DNA of 64,000 bases from Amoebidium appalachense (taxonomy: Eukaryota > Protista > Ichthyosporea), in assembly GCA_963693365.1 (NCBI GenBank), contig CAVNZM010000007.1, positions 6,259,962-6,323,961 on the forward strand, in the 5' to 3' direction. Below the pieces are notes generated by a model. It saw only the letters and a program-made list of their open reading frames with translations, was not told where the DNA came from and did no database searches. The position numbers and the translations under genes were made by a program. This document shows, piece after piece, positions 1 to 12,438 of this stretch. Position 1 is the first letter of the stretch. Each line of letters starts with the position of its first letter.

Positions 1-776
1 GGGATCATCGGCTTCGTACCAAGGTCAGATTAAGAGATTATGGGCTACTTTTCAGTGACTAGGACTCAGCATTCGACGTGAATGGGTGTCCCGTGCTAGG
101 GACCTATGGAATTAGGAGAGTAGCGCAGAGGCAGGGGGGGGGGGGGGGGGAGGGGGGGAAGGGGAGGAGGAGATACGTGTTCTGGGAGTGATGGGAGCTG
201 ATAGAAAAGGCAAATACTGCGGGGACGGCGGCGGCGGCGGGCGGGTGGGGGAGGGGGGGGGGGGGGGGGGGGGGGAGTGGGGAGGGAGGGAGGGAGGACG
301 GGGAAGGGGCTGTGAATGTTTATGCACTATGTTGCTGTCTTAAGAGAAGCATACTTGAGCATTAATGGCTCTGCATAAATAGCCCGGAGAGGGGCGGGAT
401 GCGGGGGAAGGGGAGGAGGAGAAGGGGGTAAGTGGGGTGGCGAGGGGAGGGGAGGGGGAGGGGGGGGGGGGGGGGGGGGGGGCGCAGCCTTTAATGCAGC
501 TACTTGTGAACATTGCATGTTTCTGAAGTGAAGTGACTTGGGTTGTACAGTTTGTGTCTTATGTGTGCGAGTTTGTGTGTGTGTGTGTGGTAGGAAGGGT
601 GGTGTGTGTGTGTGTGTGGGTTGGGGTGGGGGGGGGGGGGGGGGGGGGGTGGGGGGGGGCAGCAAAGTGAGTGAGAGCCTTGAATACCTGAAGATGTATA
701 GGCATTGTGTACGGAGCTAGAAAACTGGGAGAGTCCAAACCGAGGTATAGGTCAAATGGGGAGGGAGATCCCGGGT

Positions 777-822
<46 letters not shown>

Positions 823-1537
823 GCCGGAGTGGATAGAACGTGCTGCACCATGCTAAACAAGAAGCCTTTAAGACTGACATTCGGATCATGATGTAATACA
901 CTGTTAGTTATACACAGTTTGGCACCCCAGGTGGGTGAGTGTTTGTGTTTGTGGGGGGGGGGGGGGGGGGGGGGGGGGGGGAGGGGGAGGGGGGGGGGGA
1001 AGGGGGGGGGGGAAGGGGGGGGATTGATTCACGAAACGGGTCAGTAGAGGGGAGAAAGGAGGTATATGACTCTTGCCTGGAGGCAGGTTTAGAGGGTATT
1101 CAGGTTTTATATGCCACACCCGGTACACAGTTCGGACTCAGTAGCGAATCACTTATATACACAATGATCAGTATGGCAGCATATGATTATCAATTGGGGT
1201 ACATTGCATGCTTAACACGAAGATCGACTAACTATTTTTGACATACATTGAACACTTCATGTTTCGTGATTAATCAACATTCGTGTAAACTTTGCAACAA
1301 GCTTCCAGATACACAGTAATGACACAACTGGACATAAAAGGGGGGCAATGACTCAGTATCCACTTTCGCAGGGGATCACCGTCAAAAACTTAATGATTAG
1401 CACGATCATTGTCTATGCATTTACTTTCTACACTCTGTTGCCACCGCTAGGCAGGGAAACCTGCATATGTATGTATAGAGACAGCGACAAAAAAATTGTG
1501 CCCACGATACCATACCATCCATGTGTCTGTGTCTGTG

Positions 1538-1660
<123 letters not shown>

Positions 1661-1715
1661 CGTGCGTGCGTGCGTGCGTGTGTGTGTGTGTGTGTACGCG
1701 TGTGTTTGTGTGTTT

Positions 1716-1776
<61 letters not shown>

Positions 1777-1989
1777 CAAATGTGAAGCAAATACATTTGT
1801 TACCTGAGGAAAGGGTAAATTGGGGATAACCCTGAGAACGGTGGTGGTGGTGGTGGGGAGGGGGGGGGGGGGAGAGGAGAGGGAAGGAGGGGGGGGGGGG
1901 GGGGGGGGGACAAAAAACACGGGAATAGAGAAAAACAAACACCCACAACACACAACCCACAGGAGAATTGCCGGGTGCGTGCAGTACCT

Positions 1990-2964
1990 TCAACTATATG
2001 ACTCGTGCGTCTCACCATTCAGCGGTGCGAATTCGATCTGCCAAGTCTGCGGCAAATTGTCCACAGACCACGTGTCAGTGTTTTCAGCCTTTGGCACACA
2101 TTTCTCGGTGATGACGGTACCATTCTGAGCCAATGAAATGCATCGGTTGGTTCCCGCGCGAACGACCCTCCAATCAGACGCGAGCTGTCCCATCCAATTA
2201 GATTTTACCCATTGCTGTGACCTTCTCCCTGATTGGCATTGGGTTAAAACGACCAATCGGCTGGTACGTTCCGTTAGGCACTTGTTCGTGCCAAACACGC
2301 GCAACTCTGATGGTGTTCCTTCCGACTTTGCGTTATCCCATTCCTGATCATCCCACTTCGACGCAAAACGAACAGATTTTGCGCTGTCGCACGGAGCAGC
2401 CGTGAGAGTGTTTCCTTTTTTCCCAGTGGCCATACATGTCCACGAACCCCCCGGGTTAGTCGGGTGGACCAACCGCGTATATAGCGCGCGTAGGTGTTGG
2501 GGCGTGTCGGCGTTTAGACCCTTGGCACCGCACATACCTGTCGGTGCCACCGACGCTGTGTGCGTCATTGTGTCGTTGTATACCGGTACCTTTAGCATTA
2601 CGCTGGTGGTGGTGGTGGGGTAATAGTAGCATGTGTTTCGGTTTTCCCAACCTGCGGCTCTTTTTATCGGGGTACCAGGTGTGTTGGCGATGTTTCTGGT
2701 GGGGCTCCATGGAAGGGTGGTTTCGGTGGTGCAGACTACGTGGCCATGGGTGGCTTGGGGTTGAAGTTTGGTCCAGCTGACCTGTAAAAGGGTTCAAGTT
2801 CGAAAGGTGTGTAAGATGCGTGTGTTTTGTATGTGTGGGGGTGGAGAGGGGTGTGTTTTTGTGTTGGGGTGGAGGGGGATGGTGCATGGGTGAGTGAATG
2901 GGTAAAACCCTAACCCTCCCCCCTCTTCCTCCTATCTCGGCCCCAAGATCTTGATCTCTTCCCC

Positions 2965-2995
<31 letters not shown>

Positions 2996-3952
2996 AAGGT
3001 TAAAAAACCTCTCCCCCCTTCCCCTTTATATCCCCCCCCCCCCCCCCCCCCCCTCTCCCCCCACAAAACAAAAAAAAAAAAAAAAAAAGGTTTTAAGAAA
3101 GAAAGAAAGGCCAAAAAAAAAAAAAAAAAAGGAAAGAAAGAAAGAAAGAAAGTAAGAAAGATAGAAAGAAAGAAAAGAAAAGAAAAGAAAACAAAAGAAA
3201 AGAGACAAGAAAAGAAAGAGGGAAGAGGGGGGGGGGGGGGGGGGGGAGAGGGGGGGGGGGGATGAAAGAAACTAATAAAGCAAGAGAGAGAAAAAAAACG
3301 AGCCCATGATATACCACTGTCTTTGCAAACTGTAGCTTACCTTAACGTCCACCCACTTAGGTCCGTTCTGCAGCTCGCCATCAACCAGCGGTATCCTTTT
3401 TGTCGTAAATTTTACGTCTGCGATGTACGTTTTCTCGTCCGCAACCTGCTGTGTTGTTTCATTCGCCAATTTGCACGCATTCTCCGCCCCTGCTATGCTC
3501 GTTGTCAAAACCACATTCACAAACTTTGAAACCTTACCACTCCCGTCCTCCGCGCGCACAACAGGCTCAGAGGTATACGGTAAGACACACAGTTTCATCA
3601 TTTTACAGTACGACCCAATGTAGATAGTGTATCCAGGATTGAAAAGAACTCGCCCATCCTTGATTCTGCTTGATGGTGGCTTGTAGACGTGGCAGTGGGA
3701 GTCGTAGATGTATGGTTGGGAGCCAAAACAGAAACGGTATTGCCTTGCGTCCGGCACAACAACCCATGACGCGGCAAGGTCAAGCCAGTCTGTTTCTCTG
3801 TTCTTGTGGCATTGCTTGCAATATGTGGTTAAGCCTAGTTCCACGCGATAGGTTGGGTTTTTGGGCGCTGGGAGTGTTGAATCAGATGCAACGGTCATGC
3901 TCCTTGCCGACACCACTGCGGCAGCAAGGAGGAAAAGAGTTGTCGGGTTCAT
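1990..3952 (-). CDS. Secreted protein (467 aa): unknown Cys-containing N-terminal region plus C-terminal ricin-B (R-type) lectin domain, copy 1
   Basis: Exon 1 3952-3341 has a signal peptide (MNPTTLFLLAAAVVSA) and donor AAG|GTAAGC. Exon 2 2781-1990 has acceptor TTTTACAG|GTC; phase 0, frame open throughout. Three Cys-pair/QxW repeats (QEW, QQW, QTW) fit a beta-trefoil lectin. Confidence 0.8.
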
Positions 3953-5668
3953 GTTGACTAACCCTTTGGTTTGTGTCGGGAATAAGTGCCCTCTTTGCCA
4001 ATAATGCTTCGTTCCCTTTCTTACTGCATAAACGTTTGTTGTTCTTTGTGCGGTTTTGGGTTTTCAAAAACGTCTGATCATGTATCTTGAGGGGACCTTG
4101 TAAGCTTGTGCCCACTGCCCACCCCTTTTGGAGGGGCGCTTCAAGTGATAGCGCAACGGCCGTGCACGGCCGCGGTTGTCTGGTGCCATGCCGCCGTTTC
4201 TGGTTGGATTACCAGTGAGCCAATAAGATCACGAAAAGCTTATAACCAAAGAAACACTTCAACATTTCACCATAATTAGTAAACATGGATTCCGTAACTT
4301 CAAGTTTCTAGATCTTCCGACTCGTTGAATCCGAACGTCTTCCGGCGAGCGGCTGCCAACCGCCACTTGGAAAGTAGTAAGAACGCTTGCCCTTACACCA
4401 GGCTAACAGGCAAGGAACATCTGTAAAAGAAATAATATGAAGAAATTGATGCAAAGCAAGTGAGCTGCAGGCTCGGCTCAGCTGTTTTCTAAAGTGCATT
4501 CTGTCGAACTTCTACTTATAGTAAATGTACATGTGTCCCTCCGGCTATCATCGAACTTAGGCTCACCAGGCAGGCTAATTTCGATTGGTTACGAACGTGG
4601 CTCCTGTTTCAGAACGCGAGCCACATAATCTATAGTGAAGTACAGCTTGCACGAGTTATATATAGCAATGCCGTGACTAATCAGGTATTATTTAGAGGGA
4701 AAAAAAATAGCACGGAAATTTGAGCTCTCAACAAACATAAGCACTAATTGTTTACATCATGCAACACTAAGGAATCCGCGTCCCCATGCTCCGAATACGA
4801 GACTGCTCATTCGCTTAGAATCATGCTATCATTGTATTGATACAATGATAGCATGTTATTACTCTATCTCGGTCGACCCACTGGCCAGCCGTCATCTGTG
4901 CTGAATGTTTTGTAGAAACTGTACATTGAACTATCTGCAAACAGCCGGTCGACACTTTGTGGCTATTGTGATATATAAATGAGCTCAATGGCTACGCCAT
5001 ATCTCCCAGTCTCGGTCGGCCAGGCTCGCAGCCAGGGCTCGCTTTCGCTCGCCCTGGCGCTCGCCCTGGTTGCGGCTCGCTTCGCTCGCCGCACTGTGAG
5101 CCAGGCGCATCTCAGAGGTATCTTCGGTCGCTATCAGCCATCGCGATGATGGCACAAGTAAGGGTATCTGATGTAAGACTATCAGTACACTCTATATTAA
5201 AGGGATTTCATTTGGGAGCCACTTTCTATATTGGAGGGTTTTCATTGGGGAGCCACTTCTTCGAGATGGCACAGGTAAGGGTATCTGATGATGTAAGACT
5301 ATCAGGTGTACACTCTATATTGGAGGGTTGCCAGCGAGCAGTCACGTGAACTGATTCCGAGAAACCGGCCCGAGCAGTCACGCGTGTACTGACTGAGGCT
5401 GGTTGGGCGTGCCCGCCGCTGCGCAGGGCTCGAATTTTGATTAAGGAACAGCTTGCCACAAGCGCATGTTCAATACGGTCAAGGGCTTGATTGGACCAAA
5501 AGCTGTGATGGAGCGCCGCGCTATAGCACTGTCAACGTGATTGGAGCGCACCATGATTTCTGTACCCTGATTGGTTAGTGGATCTTTGCGGAAACAGCTT
5601 GGTCCTTCCTCTCCCGAACCCTTCTCCATCTCCAAAGGGCCCAGCCTCCCGAGGCTGGGAATCCACAA

Positions 5669-5910
5669 GCGATATGCTGGTGCGTCTAATATTAGCTATG
5701 ACGTAGCTGAGGATTGCGCAAGCCTTACATGAGTGATGCCTATGTAGTGTTTATGATCTTGCCGGACTGATATATCAGCCTGTGAGCTATTATTTGTGAG
5801 CCTTCAGTGCACAGCTCTCAGACTTTGATGTCGTGAGCTACAGTAAAGTTCCAAGCGAGTCTTTTACCTTTGCATTTTTTCACACAGAGTCTTAGCTTGA
5901 TACGATAGGT
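5669..5910 (+). repeat. Short dispersed repeat (~120-240 bp); partial inverted copy at 8498-8608, further copies at ~34962-35168, ~37621-37733 (inverted) and ~37876-38098
   Basis: Shared core AGCTATGACGTAGCTGAGGATTGCGCAAGCC...CATGAGTGATGCCTA...TGATCTTGCCGGACTGATATCAGCCTGTGAGC, present in both orientations. Confidence 0.8.
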
Positions 5911-6623
5911 GGAGGTGCGGCTGTTGTTGTACAACACTACGTTTCACTGTGCCGAAACACAATTACATCTGCCAAAGTGCAGTACAGCAAAATGCCTGGA
6001 ATGTATTTTTTTACATTCGAATTGGGGCCCCACTCAGGTGCAACCATTCCAAGGCACTCTTTTGCTTCTATGCCTCTCTCTCTTCATATTTCAATTTTTA
6101 ACGTTCATTGGACTGGCATTCTATCTGGGAGGAATGGATTTATTGTCGGGCATGCTTGAAATGGCTGTCATGGCCATATCCATTCTGCGAACGGCTGAAG
6201 CTGACAGATTTCTCAACACCATAACCACCTTTTGAAAAAGTTTACATTTTAACAAACCAGCCATTTACACTCCTCACCACATGTTACCTGCCAAAATAGC
6301 ATACATCACAGTTGTAATGAATCATAACGATGTTCTAAACCATTTCACATTCACGTTAGGTACACCTAAAAAGAGTGCCAATCACACACATCCACACTAC
6401 AATAATTACACATGGCCACACTGATCATCGATACAACCACACATCACTCTGGTAACGTTGAATCTGCCAATGCTACTTTTGCTAAGATTGCTGAGGGTAC
6501 ATTATCTTATCCCCCGGGTACATTATCTTATCCCCCCCCCCCCCCCCCCCCCCCCCCCCCTGCCTACCCGCTTGCCCCGCCCGCCCGCCCGCCCGCTGTG
6601 AATCCTTCTTCTGGGCTGCGGGT

Positions 6624-6680
<57 letters not shown>

Positions 6681-6689
6681 GGGGGGAGG

Positions 6690-7182
6690 GACACACACAC
6701 ACGCCATGCACCGTGACACGGAGACACGGAGACAACCACACGCCCACATTGTGATACACATGTGCACACACACACACACACACACACCACGCACACAAAT
6801 ACACCCAGTGGCAAACGAGCACAAAATCCAAATGAACACACAGCCGTGATGCACACATTTTCGCACTGCAGCCCCCTCCCCCCCCCCCCCCCCCCCCCTC
6901 TCCCCCCTCCCCCCCCACCACACACACACACAACAAAAAAGAAAGAAAAAAAGAAAGTAAACCTCCCCGCCCATAAAAAGGACCCACAGGTCAGCGGGGG
7001 GAGGGGGGAGGGGGGGGAGGAAGGGGGGAGGCTTGGGGGACACGCACACACAAACCGTGCACCGTCACACGGACACACACAGACACACACAAACACATAC
7101 ACTACTACACACACAAAAACACATTGTGACAAACGAGCACAAAATCCAAATGTACACCGCATTTGCACACAATTGCGCACAG

Positions 7183-7220
<38 letters not shown>

Positions 7221-7390
7221 CAACAAAAAAAAAAAAAAAAAAACCCCCGCCCATAAAGAGGACCCGCAGGACAGGGAGGGGAAAATGGGAAGAGAGGGGG
7301 GGGGGGGGGGGGGGGGGGGAGATACGCACACGCACACCGTGAGCCGTCACACGGACACACAACACAAACACACAGTGTTACACACATTGA

Positions 7391-7431
<41 letters not shown>

Positions 7432-7443
7432 TACACATACACA

Positions 7444-7485
<42 letters not shown>

Positions 7486-7650
7486 GACCAAGGAACACAA
7501 CATTCAACTGTACACACAGACATATCCAAAAAAAGAAAAAAAAAAACAAAAAAAAAAAACGTAGACCAAAAAAGGACCCACAGGCCAGGGGGGAGGGGGA
7601 AGGGCGGGCCAGACACACACACACACCGTGCACCGTGACCGGGCCGCGCG

Positions 7651-7735
<85 letters not shown>

Positions 7736-7761
7736 ACGTAATACACATACGTGCACACCGT

Positions 7762-7822
<61 letters not shown>

Positions 7823-7900
7823 GTAATACACATACTTGCACACCGTGATACACACACACACACACACAACACGCACACACAAACACACACGGTGACAAGC
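6690..7900. repeat. Degenerate compound tandem repeat (~300-350 bp unit, 3-4 copies) with embedded homopolymers; also ~35880-37000
   Basis: Recurring blocks CACCGTGCACCGT(G/C)ACACGGA, AAACGAGCACAAAATCCAAATG and CCCGCCCATAAA.AGGACCC.CAGG, separated by C, A and G runs. Confidence 0.7.
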
Positions 7901-8032
7901 GAACACAATACTTAAATTCACACACAGACATGCACACATTTTTGCACAGAAAGGTGCATAATAGAGCCGGGGAGTCTGTCCGGGCACCGTGGACCGTGAA
8001 CCGTGAACCGTTACACTCTTTCTTGGCCGGTT

Positions 8033-8108
<76 letters not shown>

Positions 8109-9016
8109 AGGACCAGGATACTCACCCACCCGCACCCCCCCCCCCTCCCCCTTTCACCCCCCCCCCCCCCCTCCCCCCCCTCCCCCCCCTCCCCTCCCCC
8201 CCCCCCCACACACACAGACAAGAAATATGATCTGCTGCACAGAAGGGCTTTTCTTGTGCACAGCCTAATAGTCATTCAGTAGTATTACTAGACTAGACTA
8301 ATTATAAGTAGGCCGCCACAGTCCCCCATCCGAATCCCGCCGTCCCCCTTCCCCCCCCCCCCCCCCCCCCCCCCTTCCTCTTTATCTTATCTTTTCCCCC
8401 GCGTCGGTAGCCCCTAGAATCTTAGTTTTTTTTCCAAAAAATCTAGTACCACTTATCTTATAGGTGAATTATCTTCAATGATCCTGAATGACCCCTGTAG
8501 CTCACAGGCTGATATCAGTCCGGCAAGATCATACACACTAGGCATCACTCATGTCAGGCTTGTGCAATCCTCGGCTACGTCATGGCTAGACGCACCAGCA
8601 TATATCGCAGGCAATGCTATGGTTTTGGTTTATTTGCTCAGCGTGTTTTAAACATTTTAACGTTGGATTATTAATGGTACATATGTAATTAAATTTTGTA
8701 GTGTAGTCTATGTTGTCTTGGACAACAATTTTTTAGGGGGGTGTGTGCGTTTGGGTGTGTGTGTGTGTGTGTGTGCGTGTGTGTGTGCGAGCGCGCGTGC
8801 GTGCACGTGTGTGTGCGCGTGCGTGTTTGCGTGTGCGTGAACGTGTGCGTGTGCGTGTGCGTGTGCGTGTGCGTGTGCGTGTGCGTGTGCGTGTGCGTGT
8901 GTGTGTGCGTGTGCGTGTGCGTGTGTGCGCGTGCGTGAGGGGGTGTGAGTGTGTGCGTGTGTGCGTGTTAAGTTTGGGGGTGCGGGGGAAGGGCGGGGAG
9001 AAGGGGGACGGGGGGG

Positions 9017-9200
<184 letters not shown>

Positions 9201-9902
9201 TGGAGAGAGTGAGAGATGTGCTGTCCCTGAGCCACAGACGATCCCCCCCCCCCCCCCCTTCCCAATAAAAAAAAAAGGAGAAGAGAGAGAAGAAGAATGG
9301 AAGTAGAAAAACCATTTACGCTGAGTCAGTGAGTGAGTGAGTAAAGACAGTCAACTACACACACACACACACTCATGATCACTCACTCAGTGACAAGCAA
9401 CGTTAACCACGCACATGTGCACACACACACGCGCACACATAGATGTCGACACACAAACCGTGCACACAAGCAACAACACACACAAACACACACACAACTG
9501 CAGACACGCGCGCGCGCATACACGCACACACGCACACACGCACACACGCACACACGCACACACGCACACACGCACACACGCACACACGCACACACGCACA
9601 CACGCACACACGCACACACGCACACACGCACACACGCACACGCACAAAACACACACACGTACACACACACGCACATGTCTTCCACACATCAATATGCATA
9701 CGTACGTAACACACAGAGAGACAATTTGCACAAACACACACTGGATACACGCACATGCAGATATGTACACCAAAACGGTGAGTCAACTGGCGAACACGAA
9801 CAGCTTGATCTCGGCATGAATACATACACGGGGACACAAATGACCTTCGCACACACAACGCTCCTCAGTATTTTGCACAATCACGGGCAGCATACCTACT
9901 CA

Positions 9903-10204
9903 CTGCATAACGGGTCAATATTCTGCACAGCACCGGCTGCCTCAGCAGTAGTAGACTCAGGGTTTGGGAAAGCCAGCTGCACACACACCAAACTATTCTT
10001 CACCCTCTGCCCAGCGCCCACATAGTCGCCCCACCTAATGGTCCTATTTACCCACACTCCGCAGGTTACTTGATTCGCAGTGACGGGGCTGGGCTCATTA
10101 ATAATACCATTATTAGAGTCTGTGATGGGTGCAGCCATGCCTGCAGAAAAGAGCGTCGTTGCAAAGATGGCCACGGGAAGGAAGGGCGAGAGGTTCACCA
10201 TCAT
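9903..10204 (-). pseudogene. Small secreted protein, copy 1: exon 1 only, exon 2 deleted
   Basis: Signal peptide MMVNLSPFLPVAIFATTLFSAGMA and donor TGCA|GTGAGT are present. The segment equivalent to ~37880-38340, which holds the predicted exon 2, is absent at ~8745. One Cys is changed to Gly (YVGAG versus YVCAG). Confidence 0.55.
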
Positions 10205-10943
10205 CAATGCGTATACTATAGTAGTATACCCTGTGTGTGTACGGTTATTTTGACGATGTGTTGTGTTTGGTAGTGGTGTGACGCTTAGAATAATCGTATT
10301 GTCGCGGATCGAGTTGGTTTGGCTTATAGGCTCGGCTATGTATCATGGAATTTGTTTTTTTTTGTGTTTTGTGAGGAGTGCCCTCGGCTCTTCGTGTATA
10401 TACTACGCCGGGCATCCTTCTTGCTGGTGATTGGACAATGCTGCCAGATAGGTGTCCGCCAATCAAAATTGACAAAGATGGTGATTGGACAATCTGGCGA
10501 ACCATCCGATTGGCTATTCATTTTAAAAAGATAATCCAATAGGATTCGAATAGCTTATCACACAGAGGCTGCACAGTGGCACATATTGCAGATTTCGTAA
10601 TCGGGGTTGGAATCGATCTAAATAACGTAATTATGCTCCATCTAAAATCAGTGAGCTATAAATGTCAAATGAATATCGAGCCTATGTTTCGTCTCGCTGC
10701 TTGGCGTCGTAACGTGCTGTAACTGCTGTTGTTACGTGCATACCTTTCAGATGACGGGATTTGGTGATCTAACGAGCAATATCTCGTTAGCCAATAAAAA
10801 CGATCTGCATGAAAGCCAAAAGGTATATAATAGCCCAGGCCCGCTCAGTCAGTCAGTACACACCAGTCGCCAAACCGCCACACACCAAACTAATCATTTT
10901 CAAGACGTTTACCACATCATAAATCAAGCGACATCTCCCAAAA
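10205..10943. promoter_or_regulatory. Probable bidirectional promoter (small secreted gene / Ntn hydrolase)
   Basis: The two genes are divergent. CCAAT/ATTGG boxes cluster at ~10428-10541 and ~10791, and TATATAA lies at 10824-10830. Confidence 0.5.
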
Positions 10944-12392
10944 ATGTCTCTTTCCAGCATGCACAGCCTTTCCTTCGTTGTCCTGGCAGCAGCCAGTGCG
11001 CATGCATGCAGTGATGTCCTACTCCGCCATCGTGTTTCCTCCTTCGGCCAGGCGGTTTCAGCCCGCACCATGGACTGGGGGATACCTGACCTCGACTTCA
11101 AGCTCGAGTCGTTTGGACGCGGCCACGATATCTGGGTTGATTTGAAGCCAAAGGGCTGTGAGGATTGCCCCCTCACCCCCGTGTCTGCAAAATACGGGGC
11201 CGTATTTATTAACGCTCTAGACAAAGAAGTCGTCGTGGATGGCATGAACGAAGCAGGTCTCTCAATAGGAACGCTTGCTCACCGAATCGCTAAGTATCCC
11301 CTGTACGCTCCAGCTGACCCTCGCCCCATCATGCCTGTGTACAGTATGCCCGCATACATTCTCGGTACATGTGCGGACGTTGACTGTGTGCGCGAGGAGC
11401 TTGAACGGTGGCAGGTAGCGGATGCCACCCACCCGGCCCTCAGTCCGCTAGGCGGTTCCTTGGGTCTTCACTGGGTGGTGCACGATGTCAACGGGCGCAC
11501 TTTGAACGTCGAGTTTGTGCCTAACGACGCAAGCGCCCTGGCACCCGAGTGCTTCGCTCGTAACGTGAAAACTCGTCCCGAAGCCGGAGCACGTATTTGC
11601 GTCTATGACAACGAGCCTGCCGTATTCACCAACAACCCGTTCTGGGAGCAGCAGCTGCAACAAGCAAACACCCGCCTGAACACCACAAACATTACCGATG
11701 TGGCACATGCCCCACGCGAGGTATTGCAGAAGGCACAGTCTGGAGCGGGGTCCTTCGAGTCTACCGACCGCTTTGTGCATCTTGTGGTGCTGCAGGAGTC
11801 CGCACGCCGGGCAAACAACCAGTGGTTGAACTGGACGGGTAGTCCCTTTGAAAAGTCGGCCGCGGTTAAAACCCCTTCTTTCGTCAACCCAGACAGAAAT
11901 GTTGACGCGGTGGCCGAGGCGCAGCTCATGCTTGGGCGTGTCAGCCGCGCCATGGGCGGCTATGACTTCGACACGTACCGCGGCACCACGTGGTGGACCG
12001 TTGTGCGCGACCACACCAGCAGAAAGTACTACTACCGCCTGACTGCCCGGCCCAACCTCATCGAGATCGACCTGAATGATTTGGCCCTTCATGACGATGA
12101 CCATTCTCGGCCCTCCGTGCCCATGAACACAGACATGCACCTGCCCTTTGCCTCCAAGGGTCATTATGCGCTTCTTGGACAGGCCACCCCTTCCCCTGCT
12201 GGCGCTGTTGAGGCGGCATCAACACCATCTGCACTCGAGTGGGTGTCCTTTGGGCTGCTCGTGGCCAATTTGGTGGCTATGCTGGTTGTTGCTGCTATGG
12301 TTGGATCGCAGGTGGTGAAGGGCAGAAGGGGCCTTAGAGCTGATAATGCCACCAGTGATATCAGCAGCATTAAGGGGCCACAAAAAGCTTAA
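10944..12392 (+). CDS. Linear amide C-N hydrolase (choloylglycine hydrolase / penicillin V acylase family, Ntn hydrolase) with signal peptide and C-terminal TM helix, 482 aa
   Basis: Intronless ORF. AHA|CSD places the nucleophile Cys directly after the signal peptide. Family motifs ARTMDW, DGMNEAGL, FTNNP and STDRFV are present. Hydrophobic WVSFGLLVANLVAMLVVAAMVG is followed by KGRR. Confidence 0.9.
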   Translation: MSLSSMHSLSFVVLAAASAHACSDVLLRHRVSSFGQAVSARTMDWGIPDLDFKLESFGRGHDIWVDLKPKGCEDCPLTPVSAKYGAVFINALDKEVVVDGMNEAGLSIGTLAHRIAKYPLYAPADPRPIMPVYSMPAYILGTCADVDCVREELERWQVADATHPALSPLGGSLGLHWVVHDVNGRTLNVEFVPNDASALAPECFARNVKTRPEAGARICVYDNEPAVFTNNPFWEQQLQQANTRLNTTNITDVAHAPREVLQKAQSGAGSFESTDRFVHLVVLQESARRANNQWLNWTGSPFEKSAAVKTPSFVNPDRNVDAVAEAQLMLGRVSRAMGGYDFDTYRGTTWWTVVRDHTSRKYYYRLTARPNLIEIDLNDLALHDDDHSRPSVPMNTDMHLPFASKGHYALLGQATPSPAGAVEAASTPSALEWVSFGLLVANLVAMLVVAAMVGSQVVKGRRGLRADNATSDISSIKGPQKA

Positions 12393-12401
12393 CAATTATA
12401 T

Positions 12402-12438
<37 letters not shown>

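Noticed and set aside
939-1241. ORF ending VLYATPGTQFGLSSESLIYTMISMAAYDYQLGYIACLTRRSTNYF
   Set aside because: No family motif and no consistent upstream exon chain. It cannot be supported as coding.
3806-3820. CxxCH (CKQCH) heme-c motif in the lectin protein
   Set aside because: A single short motif in a Cys-rich secretory protein. Eukaryotic heme-c attachment occurs in organelles, so disulfides or chance are more likely.
5909-6235. 108-aa ORF also open in unit 2 (35157-35495)
   Set aside because: Non-ATG start and no recognisable motif. Conservation is expected from the recent duplication alone.
6482-8275. 597-aa ORF and the many other CV/TH/ER/poly-P/poly-G ORFs
   Set aside because: Translations of microsatellites and homopolymers; the frames are not conserved between the two units.
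11448-12164. 238-aa antisense ORF within the Ntn hydrolase
   Set aside because: Shadow ORF of a GC-rich coding strand.
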